From: Gammaproteobacteria bacterium
GTDB taxonomy: Bacteria; Pseudomonadota; Gammaproteobacteria; GCA-001735895
Assembly (NCBI GenBank): GCA_050295575.1
Contig: JBNKPX010000005.1
Span: forward strand, 1-62,864
Length of the DNA: 62,864 nt
Direction of reading: 5' to 3'
Under the pieces are notes generated by a model. It did no database searches. It was given only the letters and a program-made list of their open reading frames with translations, and was not told where the DNA came from. Both the position numbers and the translations under genes were made by a program. Below, one piece after another: positions 8,515 through 17,845 of the stretch. The number at the start of each line of letters is the position of its first letter. Position 1 is the first letter of the stretch.

Positions 8515-11280
8515 GTGAGCGATAGCGACCACCGTCCCCCGGTCCTCGCTGCCGATCAAATCATGGCGGTGGAGGTTTTTTCCCAGATGCTTGCTGCTAC
8601 CGATGCGAGCCAGATGGGAGAGAAACTCACCGAGCAACTGCGTGAACTGACTGGCGCCCGCACCGTCATGGTCATCGCTCATGAGGATGAACTGGACAGG
8701 AATGAGTTGCTGCACGCCTGTCCAGCCCGGCGCAAAACCTTGTTTTCCGCAGCCGATCTCGATCTGCTTTGCTCGCTAGACTACCCGGAAATTTTGACCG
8801 GGCTTGTGAAGGATTTCCCGCAGAATCATCCGTTGCGGGCACTACTGTTAGGCCTGGGCATCGAATCATTGCTGCGCGTCCCGTTAAAAACGGGAAGCCG
8901 TCTGGTCGGTATGTTGTTGTTGCTGGACCTGCCAACAGTGGAACGGATTGATGAGATGAACAGGATAGTCAGTCACCTTTCCCCCGTACTGGTGCTGGCG
9001 CTGAGACCGGAAATTATCGAGTGTAAGGTTTCCGAAAAAGCATTGCTCCACGAGCAGACATTGCTCAACCGTATCATGCTAACCAGCCCGGTGGGTATCG
9101 CGGTGGTAAACCGCGAGGGGCAGATCACCTTCGCCAACCCGCAGGCAGAAAATATCCTCGGCTTGAGTAAGGAAGTTTTGACTCAGCTGAGCTACAACGC
9201 TCCCGAATGGCATACGACAGCCATAGATGGCGGACCTTTTCCAGATGAGGCACAACCATTCAATCGCGTGATGGCAGCACGTCAGGCAGTATTCGATGTC
9301 CAGCACGCAATCACCTGGACGGATGGTCGACGAGTGCTGCTATCGATCAATGGTGCTCCTATTTTTGATGCGCAGGGCGAGATTGAAGCAGTGGTCTTCT
9401 CGATCGAAGACATCACCGAACGCAAGCATGCCGAGGAGACGTTGCAGCGCAGCGAGCATGGTCTGGCCGAAGCGCAGCGCATCGCGCATCTGGGTAGTTG
9501 GGAGCTGGATCTACTTAACAATGTACTGACCTGGTCGGATGAAATATTCCATATTTTTGAGATAGACAAGGAAGAATTCGCTGCTTCCTACGAGGCGTTT
9601 CTTGATGCTATCCACCCGGACGATAGAGAGATGGTCAACCATGCCTATACCGAATCACTCAGCAGCAAAAAGCCCTACAACATCGAGCACCGCCTGTTAA
9701 TGAAAGATGGCCGCATCAAATACGTGCACGAGCAATGCGAAAGCTTTTTTGATGCCGCCGACAAACCGCTGCGTTCAGTGGGTACAGTACAGGACATCAC
9801 TGAGCAGAAGCTGAGAGAGGATGAGCTACGACGCTACCGTGACCACCTGGAAGAGGAGGTACAACAGCGCACCACTGAATTGATGCTGGCGCGTGATGCA
9901 GCGGAAGCCGCCAACAAGGCGAAGAGTACCTTCCTTGCTAATATGAGCCATGAGTTGCGCACCCCACTCAACGCCATCCTCGGTTTCTCGCAACTGATGC
10001 ATAAGGATGGGTCGCTAAGTGCACGGCAGCGTGAAAACCTGGAAATTATCAATAATAGCGGTGATCACCTGTTAAGGCTGATTAACGACGTACTGGAGAT
10101 TGCCAAGATAGAGGCGGGCAAACAGCAACTGGAGGTTACCACCTTTGATCTGTATGAAATGGTACGAGCGGTAAGCGACATGATGAGACTGAAGGCGCAA
10201 CAGAAGGGGCTGCAACTGGTACTGGATCAATCGTCAGCGTTTCCGCGCTTTATCAAGGCTGACGAGGCGCGACTACGGCAGATTCTGGTCAACCTGGTGA
10301 GCAATTCGGTGAAATTTACCGAACAGGGCGGTGTAACCATCCGCCTGCGCAACGAGCACAATGCACGTCACCATCTGCTAATAGAGGTTGAGGATACTGG
10401 GCCAGGGATTAGCCGCATCGATCAGCAGCGCCTGTTCCACCCCTTCGAGCAACTGTCTACAGGCCCCGCTTCGCAGGGGGGAACCGGCCTGGGGCTCGCC
10501 ATCGTGCGCCAGTTCGTGCAACTGATGGAAGGTGAGATCGCCGTTGAAAGTGAACCGGGTAAGGGGTCGCTGTTTCGCGTCAAGTTGCCGATTAATGAGG
10601 CTGATAAGGCGCAGATGATCCACCTGTGCGGTGAAAGGCGTGGAGTATTGGCAGGCCTGGCACCCGGGCAGCCCAGCCGCCGCATTCTGATCGCCGAGGA
10701 TCAGCACGAAAACCAGCTGCTGCTAAGCAAATTGATGACCGACCTCGGCCTGGAGGTTAAGGTCGCGCACAATGGCGAGGAGTGCATTCAGATATTCCAG
10801 CACTGGAAACCAGACCTGATCTGGATGGACCAGCGCATGCCGGTCATGGATGGGGGCGAAGCCACCCGGCGTATTCGCGAACTGCCGGGCGGAGACCAGG
10901 TGAAGATCGTCGCCGTTACTGCCTCAGCCTTAAAAGAGCAGGAGACAACCTTACGTGCATCAGGCATGGATGGCTATGTAAGCAAGCCCTACCGCCTGGA
11001 TGAGATCTACCACAGTCTGGAAAAGCAACTGGGGTTGACATGGGCGTACGCTGAGACAGATAGCGAGCGAGAGGCAACACTGGTTGTACCGCCCAGTGAA
11101 CAGCTATTTGAGCTATATCAGTTAGCGGATACAGGACAGATCTTTGAAATACAGGAGATAGCTTCTCGTCTGCAAGCAGACAATGAAGCTTTTATCCCGT
11201 TTGCCCAAAAGCTACAGAAACTGGCGAAAAGATTTGATATTGAGGGGATAAGCGCTTTTATAAAACAGTATCTAGAATGA
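8515..11280 (+). CDS. Hybrid sensor histidine kinase HK1: GAF-like N-terminus, 2 x PAS, HisKA, HATPase, REC, conserved ~80-aa tail
   Basis: H-box [17 protein letters not shown] (His codon 9949-9951). N/G boxes [25 protein letters not shown]. Receiver [14 protein letters not shown] (Asp codon 10828-10830) and YVSKP. I prefer the GTG at 8515 (AGGAGAGG 6 nt upstream) over the ORF-track start at 8413, which adds a low-complexity extension. Confidence 0.9.
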   Translation: MSDSDHRPPVLAADQIMAVEVFSQMLAATDASQMGEKLTEQLRELTGARTVMVIAHEDELDRNELLHACPARRKTLFSAADLDLLCSLDYPEILTGLVKDFPQNHPLRALLLGLGIESLLRVPLKTGSRLVGMLLLLDLPTVERIDEMNRIVSHLSPVLVLALRPEIIECKVSEKALLHEQTLLNRIMLTSPVGIAVVNREGQITFANPQAENILGLSKEVLTQLSYNAPEWHTTAIDGGPFPDEAQPFNRVMAARQAVFDVQHAITWTDGRRVLLSINGAPIFDAQGEIEAVVFSIEDITERKHAEETLQRSEHGLAEAQRIAHLGSWELDLLNNVLTWSDEIFHIFEIDKEEFAASYEAFLDAIHPDDREMVNHAYTESLSSKKPYNIEHRLLMKDGRIKYVHEQCESFFDAADKPLRSVGTVQDITEQKLREDELRRYRDHLEEEVQQRTTELMLARDAAEAANKAKSTFLANMSHELRTPLNAILGFSQLMHKDGSLSARQRENLEIINNSGDHLLRLINDVLEIAKIEAGKQQLEVTTFDLYEMVRAVSDMMRLKAQQKGLQLVLDQSSAFPRFIKADEARLRQILVNLVSNSVKFTEQGGVTIRLRNEHNARHHLLIEVEDTGPGISRIDQQRLFHPFEQLSTGPASQGGTGLGLAIVRQFVQLMEGEIAVESEPGKGSLFRVKLPINEADKAQMIHLCGERRGVLAGLAPGQPSRRILIAEDQHENQLLLSKLMTDLGLEVKVAHNGEECIQIFQHWKPDLIWMDQRMPVMDGGEATRRIRELPGGDQVKIVAVTASALKEQETTLRASGMDGYVSKPYRLDEIYHSLEKQLGLTWAYAETDSEREATLVVPPSEQLFELYQLADTGQIFEIQEIASRLQADNEAFIPFAQKLQKLAKRFDIEGISAFIKQYLE

Positions 11281-11613
11281 AAATGAAAGTAGAGAAAAGA
11301 TGGTTTTGTGGTTACTGGAGGCGTCACCAGTATCGTTCCAATATTAATTTCCAATCGCAGGGTGTTAGCGCGAATGGGATAGTTGGTCCTGGTGGTCAGA
11401 CAGGTGGATGTAGGCAATTTCCCACCACGCGCTGATCCGGCTTGACGTTGTTGTGGTGAACCGTATGATCGAAGACATAAGCGATCATGATTCCGCTTTG
11501 GCAAGGGCATTGGCTGAGCAAGCCAGGGATCTCCAGTTTGGCTGGATTCTGCAGTTGATTCGTATTAACCATAACTCAATAAGCGACACGGCGAATGCTA
11601 CGGAGAAGCAGAT

Positions 11614-14370
11614 ATGAACCATGCGCGCTTCAATCAGATTCTGATTGTTGACGACAACAGCGGTACTCTTCGGTTGCTGCAGAACCTGCTGACCGAGCAG
11701 GGCTACACTGTGTATCCCGTCCCCAGTGGCGAGCTGGCGCTGGGGTTCGTCCAGTCGAACCTCCCCGACCTCATCTTGTTGGACATCAAAATGCCTGGAA
11801 TGGATGGCTATGAGGTTTGCCGACGACTCAAGGCGGATGAGCGCACCGCTTCCATTCCCATCATTTTTCTCAGTGCCCTGGAGGATAAACAGGACAAGGT
11901 GAAGGGCTTTCAGGCCGGAGGCGTGGACTACATCGCCAAGCCGTTTGAGGCAGAGGAGATGCTGGCCCGGGTGCGCATTCATCTGCGCATGCGAGAACTC
12001 ACCGAAGGATTGGAACAGGAGGTTGGCGCACGTACCGAAGAGTTGATGCTCGCCAATAAACGGCTTGCTGAGGAGATCGCTGAGCGCAGACAGGCCGAGG
12101 AAGAGTTACGCCAGCTCAACAACGATTTTGTCACCCTGCTCGAAAACACAGATGACTTTATCTATTTCAAGGACAGGGACAACCGCTTCCTGTTTTGCAG
12201 CCAGACTCTGGCCGATATCACCGGTCATCGAAGTTGGCGTGACTTGACAGGTAAGGACGACTTCGAGGTGTTCCCTGAGGAAGCTGCGCGTATTTACCGT
12301 GCAGAAGAGCAGCCGATCTTCAGTGAAGGCAAGGTGCTATTGAACAAGGTCGATCCCTATTTCGATGCGCAGGGTGAACGGCGCTGGGTGAATACCAATA
12401 AATGGCCGGTGTTCGACGACAAACAGGCTGTAGTAGGGGTTTTTGGGATCAGCCGAGACATCACCGAGCAAAAACAGGCGGAGGAGGAATTGCGTCGGCT
12501 TACACTCTTCCAGCAGACGATTCTAAACAGCGTTTCTTACAGCATAATAACCACCACTCCTGATGGGATCGTCACCGTCTTCAATCCTGCCGCTGAGCGC
12601 TTGCTGGGTTACACGGCGGATGAAGTGGTTGGCAAACAAACCCCTGCGCTCTGGCACGATGCACAGGAGATCAGGCAACATGCCCTGCGCCTGTCCGAAG
12701 AACTGGGCGAAAAGATCCAGCCTGGACTGGATGTATTTACGGCACGTCCCAAACGCAACCTTCCTGAGGAGCACGAATGGACCGTAATTTGCCGGGATGG
12801 TACTCGAGTGCCGGTGAATCTTTCCGTAACCAAGTTGAGTGATGACGCTGGTCATATCATTGGATTCGTCGGCATGATCTATGACCTCAGCGAGCGCAAG
12901 CAGGCGGAACAGGAGCTGTGGCGTTACAAGGATCAACTGGAAGAAACAGTACAACAACGCACTGCCGAGCTGCAGCTGGCGCGCGATGCTGCTGAAGCCG
13001 CCAACAAGGCTAAGAGCGTCTTTCTCGCCAGCATGAGCCATGAGCTGCGAACCCCACTCAATGCCATCCTCGGCTTCTCGCAACTGATGCGCCAGGATCA
13101 CTCCCTGAATTCCCGCCAACTGGAAAATATGGACATCATCAATAATAGTGGCGGTCACCTGCTCAATCTAATCAATGATGTACTAGAGATCGCCAAGATC
13201 GAGGCGGGCAAACAGCAACTGGATATCGCTATTTTTAACCTGCACGAACTGATAGCTGAGGTGAGCGATATGATGAGGGTGAGGGCTCAACAGAAGGGGG
13301 TGCAACTGGAGCTGGATCAGTCGTCAGAGCTTCCACGTTTAATCTGGGGTGACAAGTCAAGGCTGCGGCAGATTCTGGTCAATCTGGTGAGCAATGCAGT
13401 GAGGTTTACCGAACAGGGCTGTGTAACCATCCGCCTGCGTAGCAGGCACAATGCCCATCACCATCTTTTGATCGAGGTCGAGGATACAGGTCCGGGGATT
13501 AGTAAAAAGGATCAGCGACGTCTGTTCAAGCCTTTCGAGCAACTGTCAGCAGGCTCTACTTCTCCGGGGGGAACTGGACTCGGACTCGCCATCGTACGCC
13601 AGTTCGTGCAACTGATGAAAGGTGAGATTGGCGTTGAAAGTGAGCCGGGCAAGGGGGCTCTGTTCCGCGTCGAGCTGCCGCTGAATAAAGCCGATAAGGC
13701 TGAAGTGGATCGTTTTAGCAGTATGGGGCAGGGAAAGGTTAGCGGCCTGGCCCCGGGACAGCCCCTTTATCGTATCCTCATTGCCGAAGACCAGCGCGAA
13801 AACCAGCTGTTGCTGAGCAAACTGATGACCGACCTTGGGCTTGGGGTGAAGGTGGCGGAGAACGGGGAAAAGTGTGTGCAACTGTTCCAGCAGTGGCAGC
13901 CGCACTTGATCTGGATGGACTGGCGCATGCCACTGATGGACGGTGAGGAAGCGACTCGGCAGATCCGAAAATTGCCGCACGGGGATCAGGTGAAGATCGT
14001 CGCCGTTACCGCCTCTGCCTTAAAAGAGCAGGAAGCAGCGTTACGCGCATCAGGCATGGACGACTACATCAGCAAACCCTACCGCCTGGATGAGATCTAC
14101 CACAGCTTGGAAAAACAGCTGGGATTGAGGTGGGAATACGCTAAGGCAGAAAGCGAGAGCGAGGCAGTTATGGTCACACCGTCCAGCGAACAGTTGCAGG
14201 AGTTGTATCAGTTAGCCGATGTAGGGCAGATTTTTGAAATACAGGAGATAGCCTCTCGCCTGCAGGAAGAGGACGAGGCTTACATCCCATTTGCCCGGCA
14301 GCTCTTGAAACTGGCGACAGGGTTTGATATTGAGGGGATAAGCGCTTTTATAAAACCATATTTAAGGTGA
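11614..14370 (+). CDS. Hybrid sensor histidine kinase HK2: N-terminal REC, 2 x PAS, HisKA, HATPase, second REC, conserved tail
   Basis: N-terminal receiver ILIVDDN...[13 protein letters not shown]...DYIAKPF. H-box [12 protein letters not shown] (His codon 13039-13041). The C-terminal ~1.49 kb is nearly the same as in HK1/HK3/HK4. Confidence 0.92.
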   Translation: MNHARFNQILIVDDNSGTLRLLQNLLTEQGYTVYPVPSGELALGFVQSNLPDLILLDIKMPGMDGYEVCRRLKADERTASIPIIFLSALEDKQDKVKGFQAGGVDYIAKPFEAEEMLARVRIHLRMRELTEGLEQEVGARTEELMLANKRLAEEIAERRQAEEELRQLNNDFVTLLENTDDFIYFKDRDNRFLFCSQTLADITGHRSWRDLTGKDDFEVFPEEAARIYRAEEQPIFSEGKVLLNKVDPYFDAQGERRWVNTNKWPVFDDKQAVVGVFGISRDITEQKQAEEELRRLTLFQQTILNSVSYSIITTTPDGIVTVFNPAAERLLGYTADEVVGKQTPALWHDAQEIRQHALRLSEELGEKIQPGLDVFTARPKRNLPEEHEWTVICRDGTRVPVNLSVTKLSDDAGHIIGFVGMIYDLSERKQAEQELWRYKDQLEETVQQRTAELQLARDAAEAANKAKSVFLASMSHELRTPLNAILGFSQLMRQDHSLNSRQLENMDIINNSGGHLLNLINDVLEIAKIEAGKQQLDIAIFNLHELIAEVSDMMRVRAQQKGVQLELDQSSELPRLIWGDKSRLRQILVNLVSNAVRFTEQGCVTIRLRSRHNAHHHLLIEVEDTGPGISKKDQRRLFKPFEQLSAGSTSPGGTGLGLAIVRQFVQLMKGEIGVESEPGKGALFRVELPLNKADKAEVDRFSSMGQGKVSGLAPGQPLYRILIAEDQRENQLLLSKLMTDLGLGVKVAENGEKCVQLFQQWQPHLIWMDWRMPLMDGEEATRQIRKLPHGDQVKIVAVTASALKEQEAALRASGMDDYISKPYRLDEIYHSLEKQLGLRWEYAKAESESEAVMVTPSSEQLQELYQLADVGQIFEIQEIASRLQEEDEAYIPFARQLLKLATGFDIEGISAFIKPYLR

Positions 14371-14795
14371 TAGAACAGGTAGTAAATGGAACTAGATTCT
14401 GGCCCTTTAAAAATATTGCATGAATTGAATTTGTAGGAGCAACTGACGGATAGTGTGTTACCGAAGCCCTATTTTTTACGAGTTATTGAATGATTTATGG
14501 CCTATTCTATGAGTGATAAAGGTTAAGTCTTGAGGATATAGACGCAAATGCTCTATGAAGCAGTGAGTTACCCTCTAATACGAGCGGTCAATTGCGGAAT
14601 CCAGGACTATACCTCCCAGTTGTAAAGGATGAATCTACTGCGCAGCTTTTATCCGGCCCGGCGTAGTGAGACCTCGGTAAAATGTCTTTGTGTAATAGGA
14701 TATTACTATATGGTTTGACCGTCAGTGAATCTAACTCTTTGATTCTCTAAGAGGTAATGGAGCATATTGATGGATGTATATTGGAGGACTAATCA
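14371..14795 (+). promoter_or_regulatory. Conserved ~0.4-kb leader, copy 1 (paralogous to 20414-20816)
   Basis: Aligns with 20414-20816 over most of its length, including the final GGAGGACTAATCAATGTT (versus GGAGAACTAATCAATGTT), that is RBS plus start codon. Confidence 0.65.
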
Positions 14796-17234
14796 ATGTT
14801 GACGCTAGTTTTTACTTCCTGTTTCCACTTGCGCGTACTTCCTGATAGGTGGATAGCGATGAAAAGGGATATTTTTTCAGGCCTTCCTGTTCGAGTTGCT
14901 GTCAAGATGGCGCTGGTGCCAGGCCTGGTGCTTCTGCAGTCTGTTATGGCTAATGAAGTTCATGCCGCTGCAGAGGCCGAGTTTGCGAATGAGCTGGCCG
15001 ATATGGATATAGGTGAACTGGTGAAAGTCAGGGTTTCTCCCTTCGTTGTTTCCACTAGCCAGGATAAAGGCTATCGCGCGTCGAACTCCATATCTGGTTC
15101 CCGCTTCGATGCCCCGATTCGTGACCTGCCTTTCGCCATACAGGCCTTTACCGAGTCGTTCATCGAAGATCAGAAGCCGGCGAACATCTTTGATGTCGCA
15201 CGCTACTCACCAGGCGTCACCTATCGCAGCAACGACTTCAACGAGGGCAATGCCAATCTTGCTATCCGCGGCTTCGCTGTTAGTGCTACACCCGGTAATG
15301 TCCAGATATTGCGCGACGGTTTTCACGGCCCGTCGATCTTTGACTTTACCAATATCGCGCGCGTGGAAGTGGTCAAGGGGCCTGCCTCGTTTCTGTACGG
15401 TCAGGTCGCTCCCGGCGGCATCGTCAACGTCATTACCAGAGATCCTCAGTCCCAATATGCTGCCTCTGCTGATGCCAGCTATGGTTCATACGACGAATAC
15501 CGGCTGGATGCCGACGTAACCGGACCGGCTTCAGAAACACTGTTCTACAGGCTCTCGGCCTCCTATGCTGAGGACATGCATTACTGGGATCCCTATGATG
15601 CGCACTCGACAGTCGTAGCCCCATCTCTGCTATGGCAGCCCAATGATCGCCTGAGTGTTTCGCTAAAATATGAAAATTTCAGCAAGGTAGAAACACCGCA
15701 ACTTATGCAGCTACCTGGCTACGGTGGCCAGAGTGGCGTGGTGCCGACTGCATCCGATCCCAACCGTCTGGGGGAGTTGCCCGATGTGCCGGATACCTGG
15801 AACAGCATGTCCTATGCTGACTTCCGCAATAGCGACACAGAGAGCCTGAATACCTCGCTGGACTTCAAGGCAGACGATCACTGGAACCTACGAGTTGGTT
15901 ACGCCCACCAGAAATACGAAGTTGATGCGCTTTTTTCCGGCAACTTCGGCATGGCCAATAACGCAACCACTCTACAGGGCCGGCGTGTCAGAGGGCAGAC
16001 CTACACCAACTGGGGTGACATATACGAGGCCGAGGCCGTCGGCAAATACGAATTTGGCCCCACCAGCCTGCGTCTGCTCCTCGGTGTACAGTACGTCGAC
16101 CGCCGATTCGATTCCTGGGCCGGTCAGGCCCCTAACGATCCGGCGCTTGGCAGCGATCCGACTGCATCGCCGTTTCCGCTGTGGGATCTGAGCGATCCCT
16201 CCAGCTGGGATCGCACAGGCACATTTCCACGCTCAGCACTTACCGAGAACGCATATGACCGCAGAGTCGATTACACCGACAAATCGATATACGGCGGCAG
16301 CACCTTCGGTTTTTTCGATGATCGTCTGCTACTTCTCACCGGCTGGCGCCAGACATCGACGGAAAGCCAGATTACTGACAATCTGACTAGCCTGAGCCAA
16401 CCCCGAATCACTGCGAGTGCGGTCACGCCACAATACGGCGTGCTGTACAAACTCACCCCTGCTCTCTCGGCATATGCCTCCTATTCAGAGTCATTCGTTC
16501 CCGGTTCACAAATCCTCGATAACCCTGATGGCTCGACCTCAGCTGCCAGGCCGACCTACGGGCAGGGTTACGATATCGGCGTCAAAGCAGATCTACTTGG
16601 TGGCCGTCTATCCGGTACGCTTACCCTCTTTGATATCCGCAACCGGAATATCGTCAATGATCTCGCTCACACAGACGCCTTTGGTTCGGTGGTGATCTAT
16701 AACGTGCAGAGCGGTGAGCAGCGTTCCCGCGGCGTCGAACTGGATGCCACGGCCACACTGACCGACAACTGGCAACTCTACTTTTCCTATAGCTATATGG
16801 ACGCACGGATTACCGAGTTCAGCGGCAACGATGCGGCTGTTCTTGCACAGGATCCCGTCACTCTGGATGCCGCAGGGCAGGCAAATTACAGGAATGTAAG
16901 CCTGCTGCACAACGCGCCCTTGCAAATGAGCTCGCCACATATGGCCAACCTGTGGACGCGCTATGACTTCAAGAAAGGAGGGCTTGACGGCCTTTATGTC
17001 GGTGGCGGTGCCAATTATGTTTACGACCAGACGATTCTGCCGGGTGGCCCTGACTCAACACATCAGACCTATACGCTGCTCAATGCGATGCTTGGCTATT
17101 CCTGGGCCAGGCACGAACAGCGCATGACTGTGGGCCTCATGGGGAAAAATCTTAGCAACGAACACTACCGGCCCTCGCAAAGCACTCGCAGCCGTCCGCG
17201 TGAGTTTCTCCTTACCTTTTCGGCAAAGTTTTGA
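14796..17234 (+). CDS. TonB-dependent outer-membrane receptor
   Basis: Plug-domain-like N-terminus (VSTSQDKGYRASNSISGSRFDAPIRDLPFAIQAF...VEVVKGPASFLYGQVAPGGIVNVITR), a long beta-barrel region and a terminal aromatic residue (FSAKF). Start is ambiguous: 14796 shares the RBS/ATG context of the duplicated leader, while 14859 (MKRDIF...) and 14907 give more conventional signal peptides. Confidence 0.9.
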   Translation: MLTLVFTSCFHLRVLPDRWIAMKRDIFSGLPVRVAVKMALVPGLVLLQSVMANEVHAAAEAEFANELADMDIGELVKVRVSPFVVSTSQDKGYRASNSISGSRFDAPIRDLPFAIQAFTESFIEDQKPANIFDVARYSPGVTYRSNDFNEGNANLAIRGFAVSATPGNVQILRDGFHGPSIFDFTNIARVEVVKGPASFLYGQVAPGGIVNVITRDPQSQYAASADASYGSYDEYRLDADVTGPASETLFYRLSASYAEDMHYWDPYDAHSTVVAPSLLWQPNDRLSVSLKYENFSKVETPQLMQLPGYGGQSGVVPTASDPNRLGELPDVPDTWNSMSYADFRNSDTESLNTSLDFKADDHWNLRVGYAHQKYEVDALFSGNFGMANNATTLQGRRVRGQTYTNWGDIYEAEAVGKYEFGPTSLRLLLGVQYVDRRFDSWAGQAPNDPALGSDPTASPFPLWDLSDPSSWDRTGTFPRSALTENAYDRRVDYTDKSIYGGSTFGFFDDRLLLLTGWRQTSTESQITDNLTSLSQPRITASAVTPQYGVLYKLTPALSAYASYSESFVPGSQILDNPDGSTSAARPTYGQGYDIGVKADLLGGRLSGTLTLFDIRNRNIVNDLAHTDAFGSVVIYNVQSGEQRSRGVELDATATLTDNWQLYFSYSYMDARITEFSGNDAAVLAQDPVTLDAAGQANYRNVSLLHNAPLQMSSPHMANLWTRYDFKKGGLDGLYVGGGANYVYDQTILPGGPDSTHQTYTLLNAMLGYSWARHEQRMTVGLMGKNLSNEHYRPSQSTRSRPREFLLTFSAKF

Positions 17235-17247
17235 TTCTGGATCAGGC

Positions 17248-17844
17248 ATGAAAACGCAGTTTAGATACCGTCGTCCGCTACGAGAGGCTGTGCCAGGTGT
17301 AATTTTTTTGTTTTACATATTGTTTATGCCGAGCCATGTTGCGAGTGCGGAGTTGGTGGTGGATAATCCGTACAGGGTCAAGGCTGCTTTTCTGCGTAAT
17401 TTCGCTCACTATGTGACCTGGCCAGACGAGGCATTCTCCGGTAGCGATTCGTCCTGGTGCATCGGCATTCTTGGGAAGGACCCCTTTGGCGAGATTCTGG
17501 AAAAGACGTTCGAGGGCCGTAGCGAACAGGGCCGGATGTTTGAAATATTCCGCGCAGATACGCCGGATGAGTTGCCACCATGTCAGATCATCTTTATTAC
17601 ATACAGGGATGCGGCGCAGCGACGTGCGGTTCTTGATAAATTGAAAAACAGGCCGGTACTGACGGTCGGTGATGCGCCGGAATTCCTGCGCGAAGGTGGT
17701 GTAATACGGTTCCAGGTCGGGGACAGGGTGTCCATGAGTATCAATCTCGACCAGGCCCGTGCTGCCGCACTGATGATACAGACCAAAATGCTGGAGGTAT
17801 CCAGCGATATTCTGGAACACGGTGAAATCCGCCACGTGAGATGA
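17248..17844 (+). CDS. YfiR family (DUF4154) periplasmic protein
   Basis: Signal peptide then YRVKAAFLRNFAHYVTWPDEAF, the signature start of DUF4154/YfiR proteins. Two Cys (SWCIG, PPCQI). Lies 13 nt after the receptor stop, and its stop is 1 nt before the HK3 ATG. Confidence 0.8.
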   Translation: MKTQFRYRRPLREAVPGVIFLFYILFMPSHVASAELVVDNPYRVKAAFLRNFAHYVTWPDEAFSGSDSSWCIGILGKDPFGEILEKTFEGRSEQGRMFEIFRADTPDELPPCQIIFITYRDAAQRRAVLDKLKNRPVLTVGDAPEFLREGGVIRFQVGDRVSMSINLDQARAAALMIQTKMLEVSSDILEHGEIRHVR

Positions 17845-17845
17845 G

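Noticed and set aside
11041-11277. Calling the post-receiver tail a genuine HPt domain.
   Set aside because: No histidine is conserved among the four copies, so a canonical His-phosphotransfer role is unsupported. It is kept only as a pseudo-HPt/docking hypothesis.
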